This document shows positions 54,960 through 64,000 of a DNA stretch of 64,000 nt, piece after piece (within the stretch, counting starts at the first letter, position 1; each line of letters opens with the position of its first letter). Under the pieces are notes generated by a model. It saw only the letters and a program-made list of their open reading frames with translations, ran no database searches and had not been told where the DNA came from. The stretch covers positions 6,901-70,900 of the forward strand of contig JBAYUI010000001.1 of the NCBI GenBank assembly GCA_041675165.1. The letters run 5' to 3'. The stretch comes from Parcubacteria group bacterium (GTDB taxonomy: Bacteria; Patescibacteriota; Minisyncoccia; Moranbacterales; UBA2206). A program made the translations under genes and the position numbers.

Positions 54960-56444
54960 TTGAATATGATGAAAAGAACAAAAATTGTTGCAACTATCGG
55001 TCCGGCCACGGCTTCTAAGGAAAAAATAAGGCAATTAATCGAAGCCGGTATGAATGTGGCGAGGATCAATTTTTCCCATGGCGACCATACTTCAAACGGT
55101 TTGATCATAAGCCATATAAAACAGATACGGCAAGAGATGGGCGTGCCGGTCGGCATTATGGCGGACCTGCAAGGGCCGAGGATCCGGACGGTGGTCGGGG
55201 CGGACGTAGAAATAGAAAAAGGAAAACGTGTCATAGTTGTCGATGGACTGAATAGTGATCAGATCATAAATCCGCGATTTTTGGTGGCCAAACAGATATC
55301 GGAGTCTGAATTGAAAAAATGTCAGGTGATAGGTCTGGATTGGAAAGGTATTACGGCTGACATTGAGATGGGTAATGAGATCCTGATCGAAGACGGACTG
55401 ATGAAGGTCATTGTAGTGGAGAAATACAAAGACTATCTGGTGGCGCGCGTGAAAGATGGCGGCATCGTCAAGAATCATAAAGGCGTTAACATTCCGGATG
55501 CTAAGCTGAATGTCGGCGTGGTGACGGAAAAAGATGAGTGTGATCTGAAATTTGCCTTGCAACAGGATGTAGATTTCATCGCCTTGTCTTTCGTCAGCAA
55601 CGCGGAGGAGATTTTGGAAGTGAAAGAAAAAATAAAAAAAATCTTGGGCTCGTCGGCGCATCCACCCTTGATTGTTTCCAAAATCGAAAGGAAAGAAGCT
55701 ATTAAGAATATCCTGGAGATTATCCGCGCCACGGATATCATTATGGTGGCGCGCGGAGATCTGGGTATTGAAATGGAAGAAAGCCGCGTGGTCATCTATC
55801 AAAAAGAGATTACGGCCAGATGTCTGCGCTCTGCTACGCCGGTTATTGTAGCCACGCAGATGCTCAATTCGATGATTGAAAATCCGCGTCCGACGCGGGC
55901 AGAAGTGAGTGATGTTTCGAACGCGGTCATCGATCATACTGATTCAGTGATGCTTTCCGGTGAAACGGCCAACGGTAAATATCCGATCGAGTCCGTCAAA
56001 ATAATGAAAGAAATCATTATGAACACGGAAAAATCACCTTTCGATTTTCTGGTGCATGGGTTTTTGAAAGATGAGGAATCTTCGGTTTCGGCCGCCATTG
56101 CCCACAGTGCCCACGAGCTTTCCAAAGACACACACGCGGTGGCTATCGTGGCAGCCAGTGTGAGTGGTTTTACGGCGCGGATGATTACGCGTCATCGGCC
56201 GAATAATTCAGTCTTTGTCATCACGAACAATATCAAGACCCATCATCAGCTGAGCTTGGTGTGGGGTGTGGAAAGTTTCGTCCTGCCAGAATGCAAGGAT
56301 TTGGATGAATTGATCGATCGCTCGGTAGAGGCTTTGGAAAAAAATAAAAAAGTTAAATCCAAAGATAAATTAATTATGGTGGCCGGCCGCCCAGGGATCG
56401 CCAAGGAGCATATGAGCCTGATAAAAGTGGAAGAAGTTAAATGA
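54960..56444 (+). CDS. pyk: Pyruvate kinase
   Basis: TKIVATIGPA...MNVARINFSHGDH and MVARGDLGIE motifs; about 490 aa. Confidence 0.9.
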   Translation: MNMMKRTKIVATIGPATASKEKIRQLIEAGMNVARINFSHGDHTSNGLIISHIKQIRQEMGVPVGIMADLQGPRIRTVVGADVEIEKGKRVIVVDGLNSDQIINPRFLVAKQISESELKKCQVIGLDWKGITADIEMGNEILIEDGLMKVIVVEKYKDYLVARVKDGGIVKNHKGVNIPDAKLNVGVVTEKDECDLKFALQQDVDFIALSFVSNAEEILEVKEKIKKILGSSAHPPLIVSKIERKEAIKNILEIIRATDIIMVARGDLGIEMEESRVVIYQKEITARCLRSATPVIVATQMLNSMIENPRPTRAEVSDVSNAVIDHTDSVMLSGETANGKYPIESVKIMKEIIMNTEKSPFDFLVHGFLKDEESSVSAAIAHSAHELSKDTHAVAIVAASVSGFTARMITRHRPNNSVFVITNNIKTHHQLSLVWGVESFVLPECKDLDELIDRSVEALEKNKKVKSKDKLIMVAGRPGIAKEHMSLIKVEEVK

Positions 56445-56470
56445 TAGCTTTGGAAAAATGGATATGTACG

Positions 56471-56514
56471 GTAAGGCCGGGGCATTGTCTTGGCCTTACT
56501 GCTTTTTATTTTGT
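56471..56514 (+). terminator. Rho-independent terminator after pyk
   Basis: GTAAGGCC-ggggcattgtctt-GGCCTTAC + tgcTTTTTATTTTG. Confidence 0.55.
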
Positions 56515-56627
56515 ATTTTTGTGGTATAATAAGAAAACAAAATACAAGGTTAACATTTTAGCATTTTAACATATAAATTTTTTAAATAAATAAAAAATAA
56601 AAATATAATAAAAAATAAATAAAAAAT

Positions 56628-59090
56628 ATGGCTATCGTCAAAAAAATAAAAAGCCGGAAGAACCAATTCATACTCTGGTTCAACGAAACAGGAATCAAGG
56701 ACATCGAACTGGTGGGCGGCAAGAATGCTTCACTTGGTGAGATGTATTCCAATTTGCGAAAAAAAGGCATTCGGGTGCCGGACGGGTTTGCCGTGACGAG
56801 CAAGGCTTATCGCTATTTCATCGCGGAAAACGGGCTGGATGCCAAGATCCAAAAAATTCTAAAAGGCTTGGATACGGGCAATATGGCCAACTTGGCCAAG
56901 CGCGGTTATCAGATCCGGGAAGCTATTCTTTTGGCTCAATTTCCCAATGATCTGCGGAATGAAATCGTGGAAAATTATGCCAAACTTTCCCGTGAATATA
57001 TCCGGCATAAAGATTTCCGGATTACTTGGGAAAAAGATGATCATACCAATCATTTCGCCGGCGGCGTGGACACGGCGGTGCGATCCAGCGCGACAGCGGA
57101 AGATTTAGTGGACGCTTCTTTTGCCGGACAGCAGGAGTCATATTTGAATGTCATTGGCGAATATCAGTTGCTCGAATCTATCAAGAAATGTTTTTCTTCA
57201 CTTTTCACTGACCGCGCGATATCATATCGTGTAGACAAGGGCTTCGACCATTTTGCCATCGCTCTTTCAGTGGGGGTGCAGAAAATGGTACGTTCAGATG
57301 AAGCGGCCAGTGGCGTGATGTTCACGATCGACACTGAATCCGGTTTTCAAGATGCCGTCGTGATCAACAGTTCTTGGGGCTTGGGGGAGAATATTGTAAA
57401 AGGCAAGGTTACGCCGGATGAATTTATCGTGCACAAACCGACCTTGAAAGCCGGTTTCGAATCGATAATAGAAAGAAAGATGGGCAGCAAGGCGAACAAG
57501 CTGATTTACAGCGTAGGCGGAAATTCTTCCACGCAGAATGTGAGCGTGCCATCGGAAGATCGCAAGAAATTCTCTCTTACCGATAGTGAAATAATCGATC
57601 TGGCCAAGTGGGGGATGCAGATCGAAGAGCATTACAAAAAACCGATGGATATCGAGTGGGCGAAAGACGGTCGTACCAAGGAGCTTTTTATCGTGCAGGC
57701 CAGACCGGAAACCGTACAATCGCAAAAAGATGTGCAAGTATTGGAAGAATATGTCCTGAAGAATAAAGGGAAAGGAAAAATATTGACTAGTGGATCAGCA
57801 GTGGGGAACAAGATCGGCAGCGGCAAGGCGAATGTCATCAAAAATGTGGCCAAGATCGCTCAGTTCAAAAAAGGTGAAGTGTTGGTGACTGAAATGACCG
57901 ATCCGGATTGGGAGCCGATTATGAAGATTGCTAGCGCGATTGTGACCAATTCCGGCGGGAGGACTTCTCATGCGGCCATAGTGAGCCGAGAACTCGGCAT
58001 TCCCTGTGTAGTGGGCGCGGGCAATGCCACGCGAGTCATTAGGGACGGCCAAGCCGTGACTGTCAGTTGCGCGGAAGGGGAAGCGGGCGTGGTCTATGAT
58101 GGCCTGTTGGATTTTGCGATCAAAACGACCAATCTCAAGGTGCTCAAAAAGACCAAAACAAAAATAATGTTGAACGTCGGCAATCCCGAACAGGCTTTCG
58201 ATTTGTCCTTCATTCCCAATGATGGCGTGGGCTTGGCGCGGGAAGAGTTCATCATTACGGAATATATCAAGATCCATCCGATGGCGCTCAAACATTACGC
58301 GAAAATAACCGACAAGGAAGTGAGGAAAAAGATTGATGATCTGACCGTGGGATATCCCGACAAAGAAGAGTTTTTCGTTTCCAAGCTGGCGGAAGGTATC
58401 GGTCGGATCGGGGCGGCCTTCTATCCGAAAGACGTAATCGTGAGGCTTTCCGATTTCAAGACGAACGAATATTCCACCTTGATCGGCGGCAAAGATTTTG
58501 AACCGAAAGAAGAGAATCCGATGATCGGCTGGCGCGGAGCTTCGCGCTATTACGATCCTGATTATATGGAAGGATTCGAGCTGGAATGCAAGGCTTTCAA
58601 AAAGGTGCGAGAAGTGATGGGGCTTAAGAACGTGAAGATTATGGTGCCATTCTGCCGTACGATCAAAGAAGGGGAGGCGGTTCTGGCTCAGATGAAACGT
58701 CATGGATTGGAGCGTGGTAAGAACGGCTTAGAAGTGTATGTGATGTGTGAGATTCCGGCCAATGTCATCTTGGCGAATGAATTTTCCGCCATCTTCGATG
58801 GATTTTCCATCGGATCGAACGACCTCACCCAGCTCACACTGGGAGTGGATCGCGATAGTGCCAAAGTGGCGCATGTCTACGACGAGAGGAATGAAGCAGT
58901 GAAAGAACTCATCCGCCAAGTGATCCACAAGGCGCACAAATGTAATCGTAAAGTTGGCATCTGCGGCCAAGCCCCTTCTGATTTTCTCGATTTTGCCACG
59001 TTTTTGGTGGAGGAGGGCATTGATTCCATCTCCCTTAACCCCGATACGGTCATTAAGACTTCCATCGCCATTGCAAAGATTGAGAAATAG
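56628..59090 (+). CDS. ppsA: Phosphoenolpyruvate synthase (pyruvate, water dikinase)
   Basis: ATP-grasp N-terminus (GGKNASLGEM), phosphohistidine domain (GGRTSHAAIVSRELGIPCVVG), and PEP-utilising C-terminal TIM-barrel motifs (GSNDLTQ). Confidence 0.9.
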   Translation: MAIVKKIKSRKNQFILWFNETGIKDIELVGGKNASLGEMYSNLRKKGIRVPDGFAVTSKAYRYFIAENGLDAKIQKILKGLDTGNMANLAKRGYQIREAILLAQFPNDLRNEIVENYAKLSREYIRHKDFRITWEKDDHTNHFAGGVDTAVRSSATAEDLVDASFAGQQESYLNVIGEYQLLESIKKCFSSLFTDRAISYRVDKGFDHFAIALSVGVQKMVRSDEAASGVMFTIDTESGFQDAVVINSSWGLGENIVKGKVTPDEFIVHKPTLKAGFESIIERKMGSKANKLIYSVGGNSSTQNVSVPSEDRKKFSLTDSEIIDLAKWGMQIEEHYKKPMDIEWAKDGRTKELFIVQARPETVQSQKDVQVLEEYVLKNKGKGKILTSGSAVGNKIGSGKANVIKNVAKIAQFKKGEVLVTEMTDPDWEPIMKIASAIVTNSGGRTSHAAIVSRELGIPCVVGAGNATRVIRDGQAVTVSCAEGEAGVVYDGLLDFAIKTTNLKVLKKTKTKIMLNVGNPEQAFDLSFIPNDGVGLAREEFIITEYIKIHPMALKHYAKITDKEVRKKIDDLTVGYPDKEEFFVSKLAEGIGRIGAAFYPKDVIVRLSDFKTNEYSTLIGGKDFEPKEENPMIGWRGASRYYDPDYMEGFELECKAFKKVREVMGLKNVKIMVPFCRTIKEGEAVLAQMKRHGLERGKNGLEVYVMCEIPANVILANEFSAIFDGFSIGSNDLTQLTLGVDRDSAKVAHVYDERNEAVKELIRQVIHKAHKCNRKVGICGQAPSDFLDFATFLVEEGIDSISLNPDTVIKTSIAIAKIEK

Positions 59091-59176
59091 AAAAATACTG
59101 TAGAGACGCGATTTATCGCGTCTTGAGGGGGACGCAAGCCAGAGGTTGAAATTATTTTCATTTATTGCTAGGATAT

Positions 59177-59204
59177 AAAGCGAGGCTGAATCAGGCCTCG
59201 CTTT
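59177..59204 (+). terminator. Perfect 10-bp hairpin AAAGCGAGGC-tgaatcag-GCCTCGCTTT between ppsA and tRNA-Ser
   Basis: Read from the sequence. It could terminate ppsA or be part of the tRNA precursor. Confidence 0.4.
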
Positions 59205-59218
59205 AAGTATAAAAATAC

Positions 59219-59304
59219 GGAGAGTTCGCATAGTTGGTCTAGTGCGCACGCTTGGAAAGCGTGTGTGTCGCAAGGCACCGAGGGTTCGAATCCCTCACTC
59301 TCCG
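59219..59304 (+). tRNA. tRNA-Ser (anticodon GGA), class II long variable arm
   Basis: Acceptor GGAGAGT/ACTCTCC. Anticodon stem CACGC/GCGTG with loop TTGGAAA. Long variable arm. T-arm GAGGG-TTCGAAT-CCCTC. Discriminator G. Confidence 0.8.
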
Positions 59305-59306
59305 CC

Positions 59307-59540
59307 TTTGCTCGCCGTAGCGAGCTACGGTCGTGTGTCGCCATAGCTTTAGCGACGGCACACGGACAAAGTCCGCAAGTAGCTTGTGAAGGCGAGTTTC
59401 GTCCGCATAAAAAAGACAAGGTCCGCTGAAGTTCGCGAAGGCGAAATTCGCCTGCGGTCGCGGACTTCGATCGCATACGGCCATATTTTTGGCGACGGTG
59501 CACTAGGAAAAGCCGCTCTTATGCGGTTTGTTTTTTTATG
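59307..59540 (+). ncRNA. Candidate structured GC-rich RNA or element downstream of tRNA-Ser; family unknown
   Basis: About 230 nt, much more GC-rich than the surroundings. Many local hairpins (CCGTAG-cgag-CTACGG; GGCGAAATTCGCC), a tandem imperfect ~45-nt direct repeat (GACAARGTCCGC...GAAGGCGA...), and 5'/3' complementarity (GTGTGTCGCC...GGCGACGGTGCAC). It ends with a weak stem plus T7 at 59518-59538. No coding frame is plausible. Confidence 0.25.
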
Positions 59541-59572
59541 GTATAATAATCTCATAAGAAGTAAAAAAAAAT

Positions 59573-59782
59573 ATGTCTGATATAAAAGAAGACAGCCTGA
59601 AAGTAATTGAAAAACATTTCGGTCAAAAAATTTCAGAATTGTACAAGGCTAATTTTGAGGATAAAGAGGACAAGGTAGTCTTGATAATGATGCGAGAACT
59701 CCTGTTGGATTATCTGGGGGAAGAGCAGGCCCAAAAAGAGCTATTGGAAATAAATAATTCATCCAATCAAAATGAAAAATAA
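59573..59782 (+). CDS. Small acidic hypothetical protein (69 aa)
   Basis: ORF only. Its stop overlaps the start of the next gene (ATGAAAAATAA). Confidence 0.3.
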   Translation: MSDIKEDSLKVIEKHFGQKISELYKANFEDKEDKVVLIMMRELLLDYLGEEQAQKELLEINNSSNQNEK

Positions 59783-60593
59783 TATAATCGTCAAAATGCT
59801 TCTGGCTGTAATTTTTTTTGTCATCACTATTGAGTATATCTTGGGTGATCCGATGTCTTTGCTCAGTGCGACCATTTATCTGGCGGCTCCATTGGTCTAT
59901 ATGGCAAGCAGTTTTTATGTTGCTCGGCTCTATGGGCATGGCAATAAGACCGGAGAAGCATTATTCTTCGTCTTTCTGGGTGCTTCCTTTTGGTTTTTGG
60001 GCGAGGTGATTTGGTATATATTGAAGTTTTTTATGCACGCGGAGCCATTTCCTTCCATAGCGGACGTCTTTTTCCTCTTGGCCTATCCGTTGTTCTTCGT
60101 GGCTATCTACAAGGGATTAGGACACGTGAAAGATGATTGGAAGAAGATAAAAAAATCGACCATTATCTTCAATGTCATACTGGCGATATTTTTGACAGGT
60201 GTTGTTTCGTATTGGGGGATCTATAGCGCCTATGATCCGGAACTTGGAATTTCAGAAAATATATTCGCTATGAGTTATGGAGTGGGCGATCTGTTCCTTG
60301 TTTTCGGGCTGCTGTGGGCCGTTTCTCTGGTGAGCATTTATGGGAAAGGAAAATTGGGCAGATTCTGGAATATTATGACGGGTGGCGTGCTACTATATCT
60401 GGTCGCGGACATATTGTTCGCTATGTTCCAAAGTGAATATCTGGGCGGCTTCCAATTATACGGTTATATCGACATCATCTGGATGGCCAGTTATTTCGTT
60501 CTGGCCTATGGCTTATTGGAAAACGCGCTCGTAGTCAATGCGATCCAAGAAAAGATGGAAAAAAGCCCACTAGCGGCCGAAAATTTGAAATAA
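59772..60593 (+). CDS. Hypothetical polytopic membrane protein
   Basis: 273 aa, about 7 predicted TM helices, no soluble domain. Confidence 0.4.
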   Translation: MKNNIIVKMLLAVIFFVITIEYILGDPMSLLSATIYLAAPLVYMASSFYVARLYGHGNKTGEALFFVFLGASFWFLGEVIWYILKFFMHAEPFPSIADVFFLLAYPLFFVAIYKGLGHVKDDWKKIKKSTIIFNVILAIFLTGVVSYWGIYSAYDPELGISENIFAMSYGVGDLFLVFGLLWAVSLVSIYGKGKLGRFWNIMTGGVLLYLVADILFAMFQSEYLGGFQLYGYIDIIWMASYFVLAYGLLENALVVNAIQEKMEKSPLAAENLK

Positions 60594-60611
60594 GCATAAA
60601 ATATTTTCAGC

Positions 60612-60845
60612 ATGGAAAAAATCGTGAAAGAAGGTGTTTCTAGAAGAGTAAAAATTTTTTTGGGTATGGAAGAGTTGAAAGTTTTTGTTTTCTTCTTGAA
60701 CATCTTGATCTTAAGCTGGCCTTTCGTGACTTATGCGGGTAATCGGACCGTGCATTTTCCTTTCGTTTATTTTTTTTCAGTGTGGTTAGCACTGATATTT
60801 TTTCTTCTTATTTCTCACTTGGGGAACGATAAGCCTAAAGATTAA
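60612..60845 (+). CDS. Small membrane protein, hypothetical
   Basis: 77-aa ORF with two hydrophobic helices, 6 nt before the next gene. Confidence 0.25.
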   Translation: MEKIVKEGVSRRVKIFLGMEELKVFVFFLNILILSWPFVTYAGNRTVHFPFVYFFSVWLALIFFLLISHLGNDKPKD

Positions 60846-60850
60846 AAATT

Positions 60851-63016
60851 ATGATCAGCCCAGCAGTTGTAATCGAAGCTACGACTATATATTTAATCGT
60901 TTTGTTCCTAGTGGCTTATTTTGTCGAAATCAAATTTGGAAAGGGAAAAAACTTGGCTGATAATCCCGTCATCTACACCCTAGCTCTGGCCATCTATTGT
61001 ACGGCGTGGACATTTTATGGAAATGTGGGTTTGGCTACTACGACTGGTTATTTATTTTTGGGCGTGTATCTTGGACCATCATTGCTCTTCCTTTTTTCCT
61101 GGGCGATGATCCGCCAGATGGTCAGGATAAGAAATGAATATAATGTCACTAGCATTGCTGATTTCATCTCGACTCGTTACGGAAAATCATCTGTCGTGGC
61201 CGCTCTAGTTTCGCTGATCGCTCTGGTCGGCATCATTCCCTATCTATCGTTGCAGCTCAAGGCTATTTTCAGCTCATATTCTTTCATAACCACAGGAAGG
61301 GACGTGGTTACCGGCAATGGTTGGATCGATTTGTTCGTCCTTCTATTCATAATTATTTTCACTATCATATTCGGTCTGCGCCGATTGGATCAATCGGAGA
61401 AACATCCAGGGATGGTTATGATCATTGCTATCCAGTCGATTGTCAAAATAATTGCTTTTCTGGCTGTGGGCATATTTGTGACTTATTTTATGCATCACGG
61501 TTTTCGAGAAATTTTTTCCAAAATGGCAAGTTCTCCTGATATTTCTGCTACGCAGATAGCCGGCCAGCCATCCTTTTCTCTTTTTTTCGCTTACATAACA
61601 TTGTCTTTTTTCGCGATTTTTCTTCTGCCGCGGCAATTCCATATGACCGTGGTGGAGAATACCGATGAAAAACATATCCGCACGGCAGCATGGCTTTTGC
61701 CTTTGTATTTTATCTGTATTTCAATCTTTGTCATTCCGATCGCTATGGTGGGAATAATTGAAGGAAACGATAAGAATCTGGCTGATTTTTTCATTTTGCT
61801 TTTACCGCTCCACGCCGGAAAATTATGGCTATCCCTCCTAGTGTTTATTGGAGGATTTTCAGCGGCTATCAGTATGATTATGATTTCAGCTATGACGATA
61901 ACCACGATGACAGCCAATCATTTGGTGTTGCCTTTTTTTGAAAAAATGAAAATATCAGGATCTTTACGGAAAAATTTATTGCCATTGCGCTGGACAATTG
62001 TTACATTATTGATGATTGTGGCGTATATTTTTGAAGTTAAAATCGGATCATCATATGTCTTGGTCAAGATAGGGATGATTTCTTTCGCCGCTGTTTTGCA
62101 ATTCGCTCCCGTGTTCATTGGTGCTTTGTTTTGGAGAAAAGGCAATCGGGCGGGAGCCATAATGGGGATGATAGCCGGTTTTTTGCTTTGGATATATACT
62201 TCTCTTTTACCGGCGTTCATAAGGAGCGGCTGGATAAGCGAATCGCTATTGACACAAGGACCTTTTAATATCGGATATCTGCGCCCGGAAAACCTTTTTG
62301 GGGTAACGGGCCTTGACCCGTTGTTTCTGGTGATTCTTTTCAGTATGGTTTTCAATGTCGGGTTCTATGTCTTGGGTTCATTGATTTTCGGCCAAAATGA
62401 AGAAGAAAGCAGAGTGGCGGAAAAATTTTATGGCAATGCAGGAAGAAAGTTTTCTGTTGGCGGTGGTTTTCCATTACAAGGCGCATCCATTGAATTAGAC
62501 AAGAAAAGAAGGATCATTAGAATAATTCTGGGTAAATATTTGGATGATTCCGCGGCGGAGGCGACTTGTAAGTTGTGCATAAGAAAGGCGGATTTGGATG
62601 GCAAGGAAAAAATTACCATCAACGAATTGGTCCATCTGAACAGCATAGTCGAAAAAACCATAGCCAGTTTTATCGGGGCGTCTTCGGCCAAGGAAATCCT
62701 TGTGAATAACAGTTTGTTTACCGAAGAAGAGACGGAGAGCTTGAGTGGAGCTTATATCAAAATGGCGACCGATTTGAAGCTTACGCCCAAGGAGCTGAGT
62801 GAAAAAATAAATTATTTTGAAGAGCGAGGTAATCTCTTGGATAAGCAGAAAGAAGAGCTGGAGATGATGGTCAGGAAAAGAACGGAAGAGCTGGAGGAAA
62901 AAAATGCCGAATTGGAAAAGTTTAACGCTCTGTCCGTAGGAAGAGAATTGAAGATGGCTGAGTTGAAAGATAAGATACGCAAGTTGGAGCACGATACCGA
63001 GAAGGGCGCCGCTTAA
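60851..63016 (+). CDS. Sodium:solute-symporter (SSS)-like multi-TM domain protein with a C-terminal coiled-coil (signal-transduction-type architecture)
   Basis: N-terminal ~500 aa with about 13 TM helices and SSS-like motifs (YTLALAIYCTAWTFYGNVG). The C-terminal ~130 aa is heptad-rich (KQKEELEMMVRKRTEELEEKNAELEKFNALSVGRELKMAELKDKIRKLE). No kinase domain is present. Confidence 0.55.
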   Translation: MISPAVVIEATTIYLIVLFLVAYFVEIKFGKGKNLADNPVIYTLALAIYCTAWTFYGNVGLATTTGYLFLGVYLGPSLLFLFSWAMIRQMVRIRNEYNVTSIADFISTRYGKSSVVAALVSLIALVGIIPYLSLQLKAIFSSYSFITTGRDVVTGNGWIDLFVLLFIIIFTIIFGLRRLDQSEKHPGMVMIIAIQSIVKIIAFLAVGIFVTYFMHHGFREIFSKMASSPDISATQIAGQPSFSLFFAYITLSFFAIFLLPRQFHMTVVENTDEKHIRTAAWLLPLYFICISIFVIPIAMVGIIEGNDKNLADFFILLLPLHAGKLWLSLLVFIGGFSAAISMIMISAMTITTMTANHLVLPFFEKMKISGSLRKNLLPLRWTIVTLLMIVAYIFEVKIGSSYVLVKIGMISFAAVLQFAPVFIGALFWRKGNRAGAIMGMIAGFLLWIYTSLLPAFIRSGWISESLLTQGPFNIGYLRPENLFGVTGLDPLFLVILFSMVFNVGFYVLGSLIFGQNEEESRVAEKFYGNAGRKFSVGGGFPLQGASIELDKKRRIIRIILGKYLDDSAAEATCKLCIRKADLDGKEKITINELVHLNSIVEKTIASFIGASSAKEILVNNSLFTEEETESLSGAYIKMATDLKLTPKELSEKINYFEERGNLLDKQKEELEMMVRKRTEELEEKNAELEKFNALSVGRELKMAELKDKIRKLEHDTEKGAA

Positions 63017-63031
63017 AAGAGTCGTTATATT

Positions 63032-64000
63032 ATGAAAATATCCGCTAAAATATTTATTGTTATCGGTTTGGGTTCAGCCCTCATTTTGGTCGTGGTCGGA
63101 TTCCAATCATACAACTACAACAGGGATGTTTTAGAAAAGAATACGATCAGTGATTATGAGCGAGATGCTGTGGGCGATATGGAAGCGCTCGACCAAGTAT
63201 TGAGCGAGCAATACCGAAATATTAAATTGACAGCGACTAGGATAAAAGTAAGGACTTTTTTGAGCGGTCAGAACAGCGAAGAAGATAGAACTGTTCTCGG
63301 AAAGGGATTGAATGACAATATGGCCATCTACTCGGGGTTAAATATCATTGATATTCTTGATACGGCCGGAAAAATAGTGGCTTCTTCTTCTGGAGAGCGG
63401 ATCGGTGGCACAGTTTCCGATAAGGGAGAAATTTTTGGTAATCTGTTCGAGAGGACTCTGAGTGGCCAAAATGGGTATTCTGACGTTGTCTTATCCCATA
63501 ATTCTTCCAACAGGATGGAGATATATTTTATGTCCCCAGTGTTTTCCCAAGACGGTCAGGAAATCATCGGCGTGGCGGCCGGAAGCGTCGATTGGGGAGC
63601 GTCTATGAAAAGCTTGGACAATATCAATGGTTCGGTCGTCCGTCTTTATAACAAGACAGGGGAGCTGATCGGTTCCAAAGATTGGCGGGATGAGATGGCT
63701 TTTTCTCTTGAAGATAGGGATAAGTCGGTCCTAGGGGAAGCCCTCAAAGACGATCCCCGATCCGGAGTGATGGCTGATATATTGAATAATTCGGAGGCGC
63801 TTACCTCCATCGCTAAAGAAAGGGGCGTGGAAGATTACGCGGGCAATGATTGGGTCTTAGTGGCGCAGATTCCGTCAACGGTCGCATTTTCCGGTGCTGT
63901 CAAAAGCGCCATCTTCCTCTTGGTTTTGCTGGTGCCTGTCATAATAATATTAGGCATAATAATAGCTGTCATTATTGATCGTTTTATCGGTATGCCGCTG
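63032..64000 (+). CDS. Partial CDS (continues past the window): membrane-anchored Cache-like extracytoplasmic sensor domain protein
   Basis: ATG at 63032, open to the window end (323 codons). There is an N-terminal TM helix, a ~280-aa periplasmic-type domain, and a second TM helix at the end (AIFLLVLLVPVIIILGIIIAVII). Confidence 0.5.
   Translation, partial: MKISAKIFIVIGLGSALILVVVGFQSYNYNRDVLEKNTISDYERDAVGDMEALDQVLSEQYRNIKLTATRIKVRTFLSGQNSEEDRTVLGKGLNDNMAIYSGLNIIDILDTAGKIVASSSGERIGGTVSDKGEIFGNLFERTLSGQNGYSDVVLSHNSSNRMEIYFMSPVFSQDGQEIIGVAAGSVDWGASMKSLDNINGSVVRLYNKTGELIGSKDWRDEMAFSLEDRDKSVLGEALKDDPRSGVMADILNNSEALTSIAKERGVEDYAGNDWVLVAQIPSTVAFSGAVKSAIFLLVLLVPVIIILGIIIAVIIDRFIGMPL

Noticed and set aside
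59307-59540. Assignment of the GC-rich element to tmRNA, RNase P RNA, SRP RNA or 6S RNA
   Set aside because: By eye I could not find the tmRNA tag-peptide ORF or tRNA-like 3' end, the RNase P P4/CR-I consensus (only weak GTCCG resemblance, and the length is too short), or the SRP domain IV motif. Left unassigned.
59168-59580. Several 60-110-aa ORFs (59168..59503-, 59239..59484-, 59349..59555-, 59386..59580+)
   Set aside because: All fall in the GC-rich structured region and overlap tRNA-Ser. Arg/Ala-rich translations of GC-rich repeats. Interpreted as non-coding.
1-64000. CRISPR arrays, rRNA genes, and transposases/IS elements
   Set aside because: I scanned for regularly spaced direct repeats with unique spacers, rRNA-like conserved blocks, and DDE/integrase-like ORFs, and found none. 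The repeats seen are irregular oligo-tracts, the cassette units and REP-like hairpins.

Overview
This is an AT-rich, gene-dense bacterial chromosomal segment of about 70 genes with no rRNA, CRISPR array or recognisable transposase. Several features are consistent with a Candidate-Phyla-Radiation/Patescibacteria-like genome: LTD/PKD surface proteins, a 2594-aa Kelch/FN3 giant protein, a tandem-fused PilB/GspE ATPase, many small genes and pervasive oligonucleotide repeats. Housekeeping genes I recognise: ruvC, yebC, ruvB, nrnA-like DHH phosphoesterase, tsaE, a cyclophilin, polA, fpg, holA, murF, ddl, rpsT, ruvA, a FemAB-family transferase, murE, lemA, htpX, pyk and ppsA. I also call tRNA-Gly(TCC) and tRNA-Ser(GGA) from their sequences. 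The most unusual content is a repeated module of three TrmB-family regulators, each divergently paired with small orphan ORFs. At two of these loci (3.9-6.3 kb and 48.5-49.5 kb) the small ORFs are unrelated to each other but are separated by homologous non-coding units of about 105-135 bp, each a GGGCAAG...CTTGCCC hairpin followed by a conserved spacer and ribosome-binding site. Both loci start from near-identical promoters of the form TTGAC-N17-GCGCTATACT, followed by a shared GATGAG..ACGAAAAAAA leader. The overall pattern is conserved non-coding scaffold with variable coding cargo. Other notable items are a RimK-like ATP-grasp/retropepsin fusion with a 7TM partner; short-repeat insertions inside tsaE and the FemAB gene; a GC-rich hairpin-bearing insertion in the FemAB gene; long AT-rich palindromes built from oligo repeats; and a GC-rich structured region after tRNA-Ser. 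All calls rest on reading the sequence and ORF translations by eye; no searches were run.
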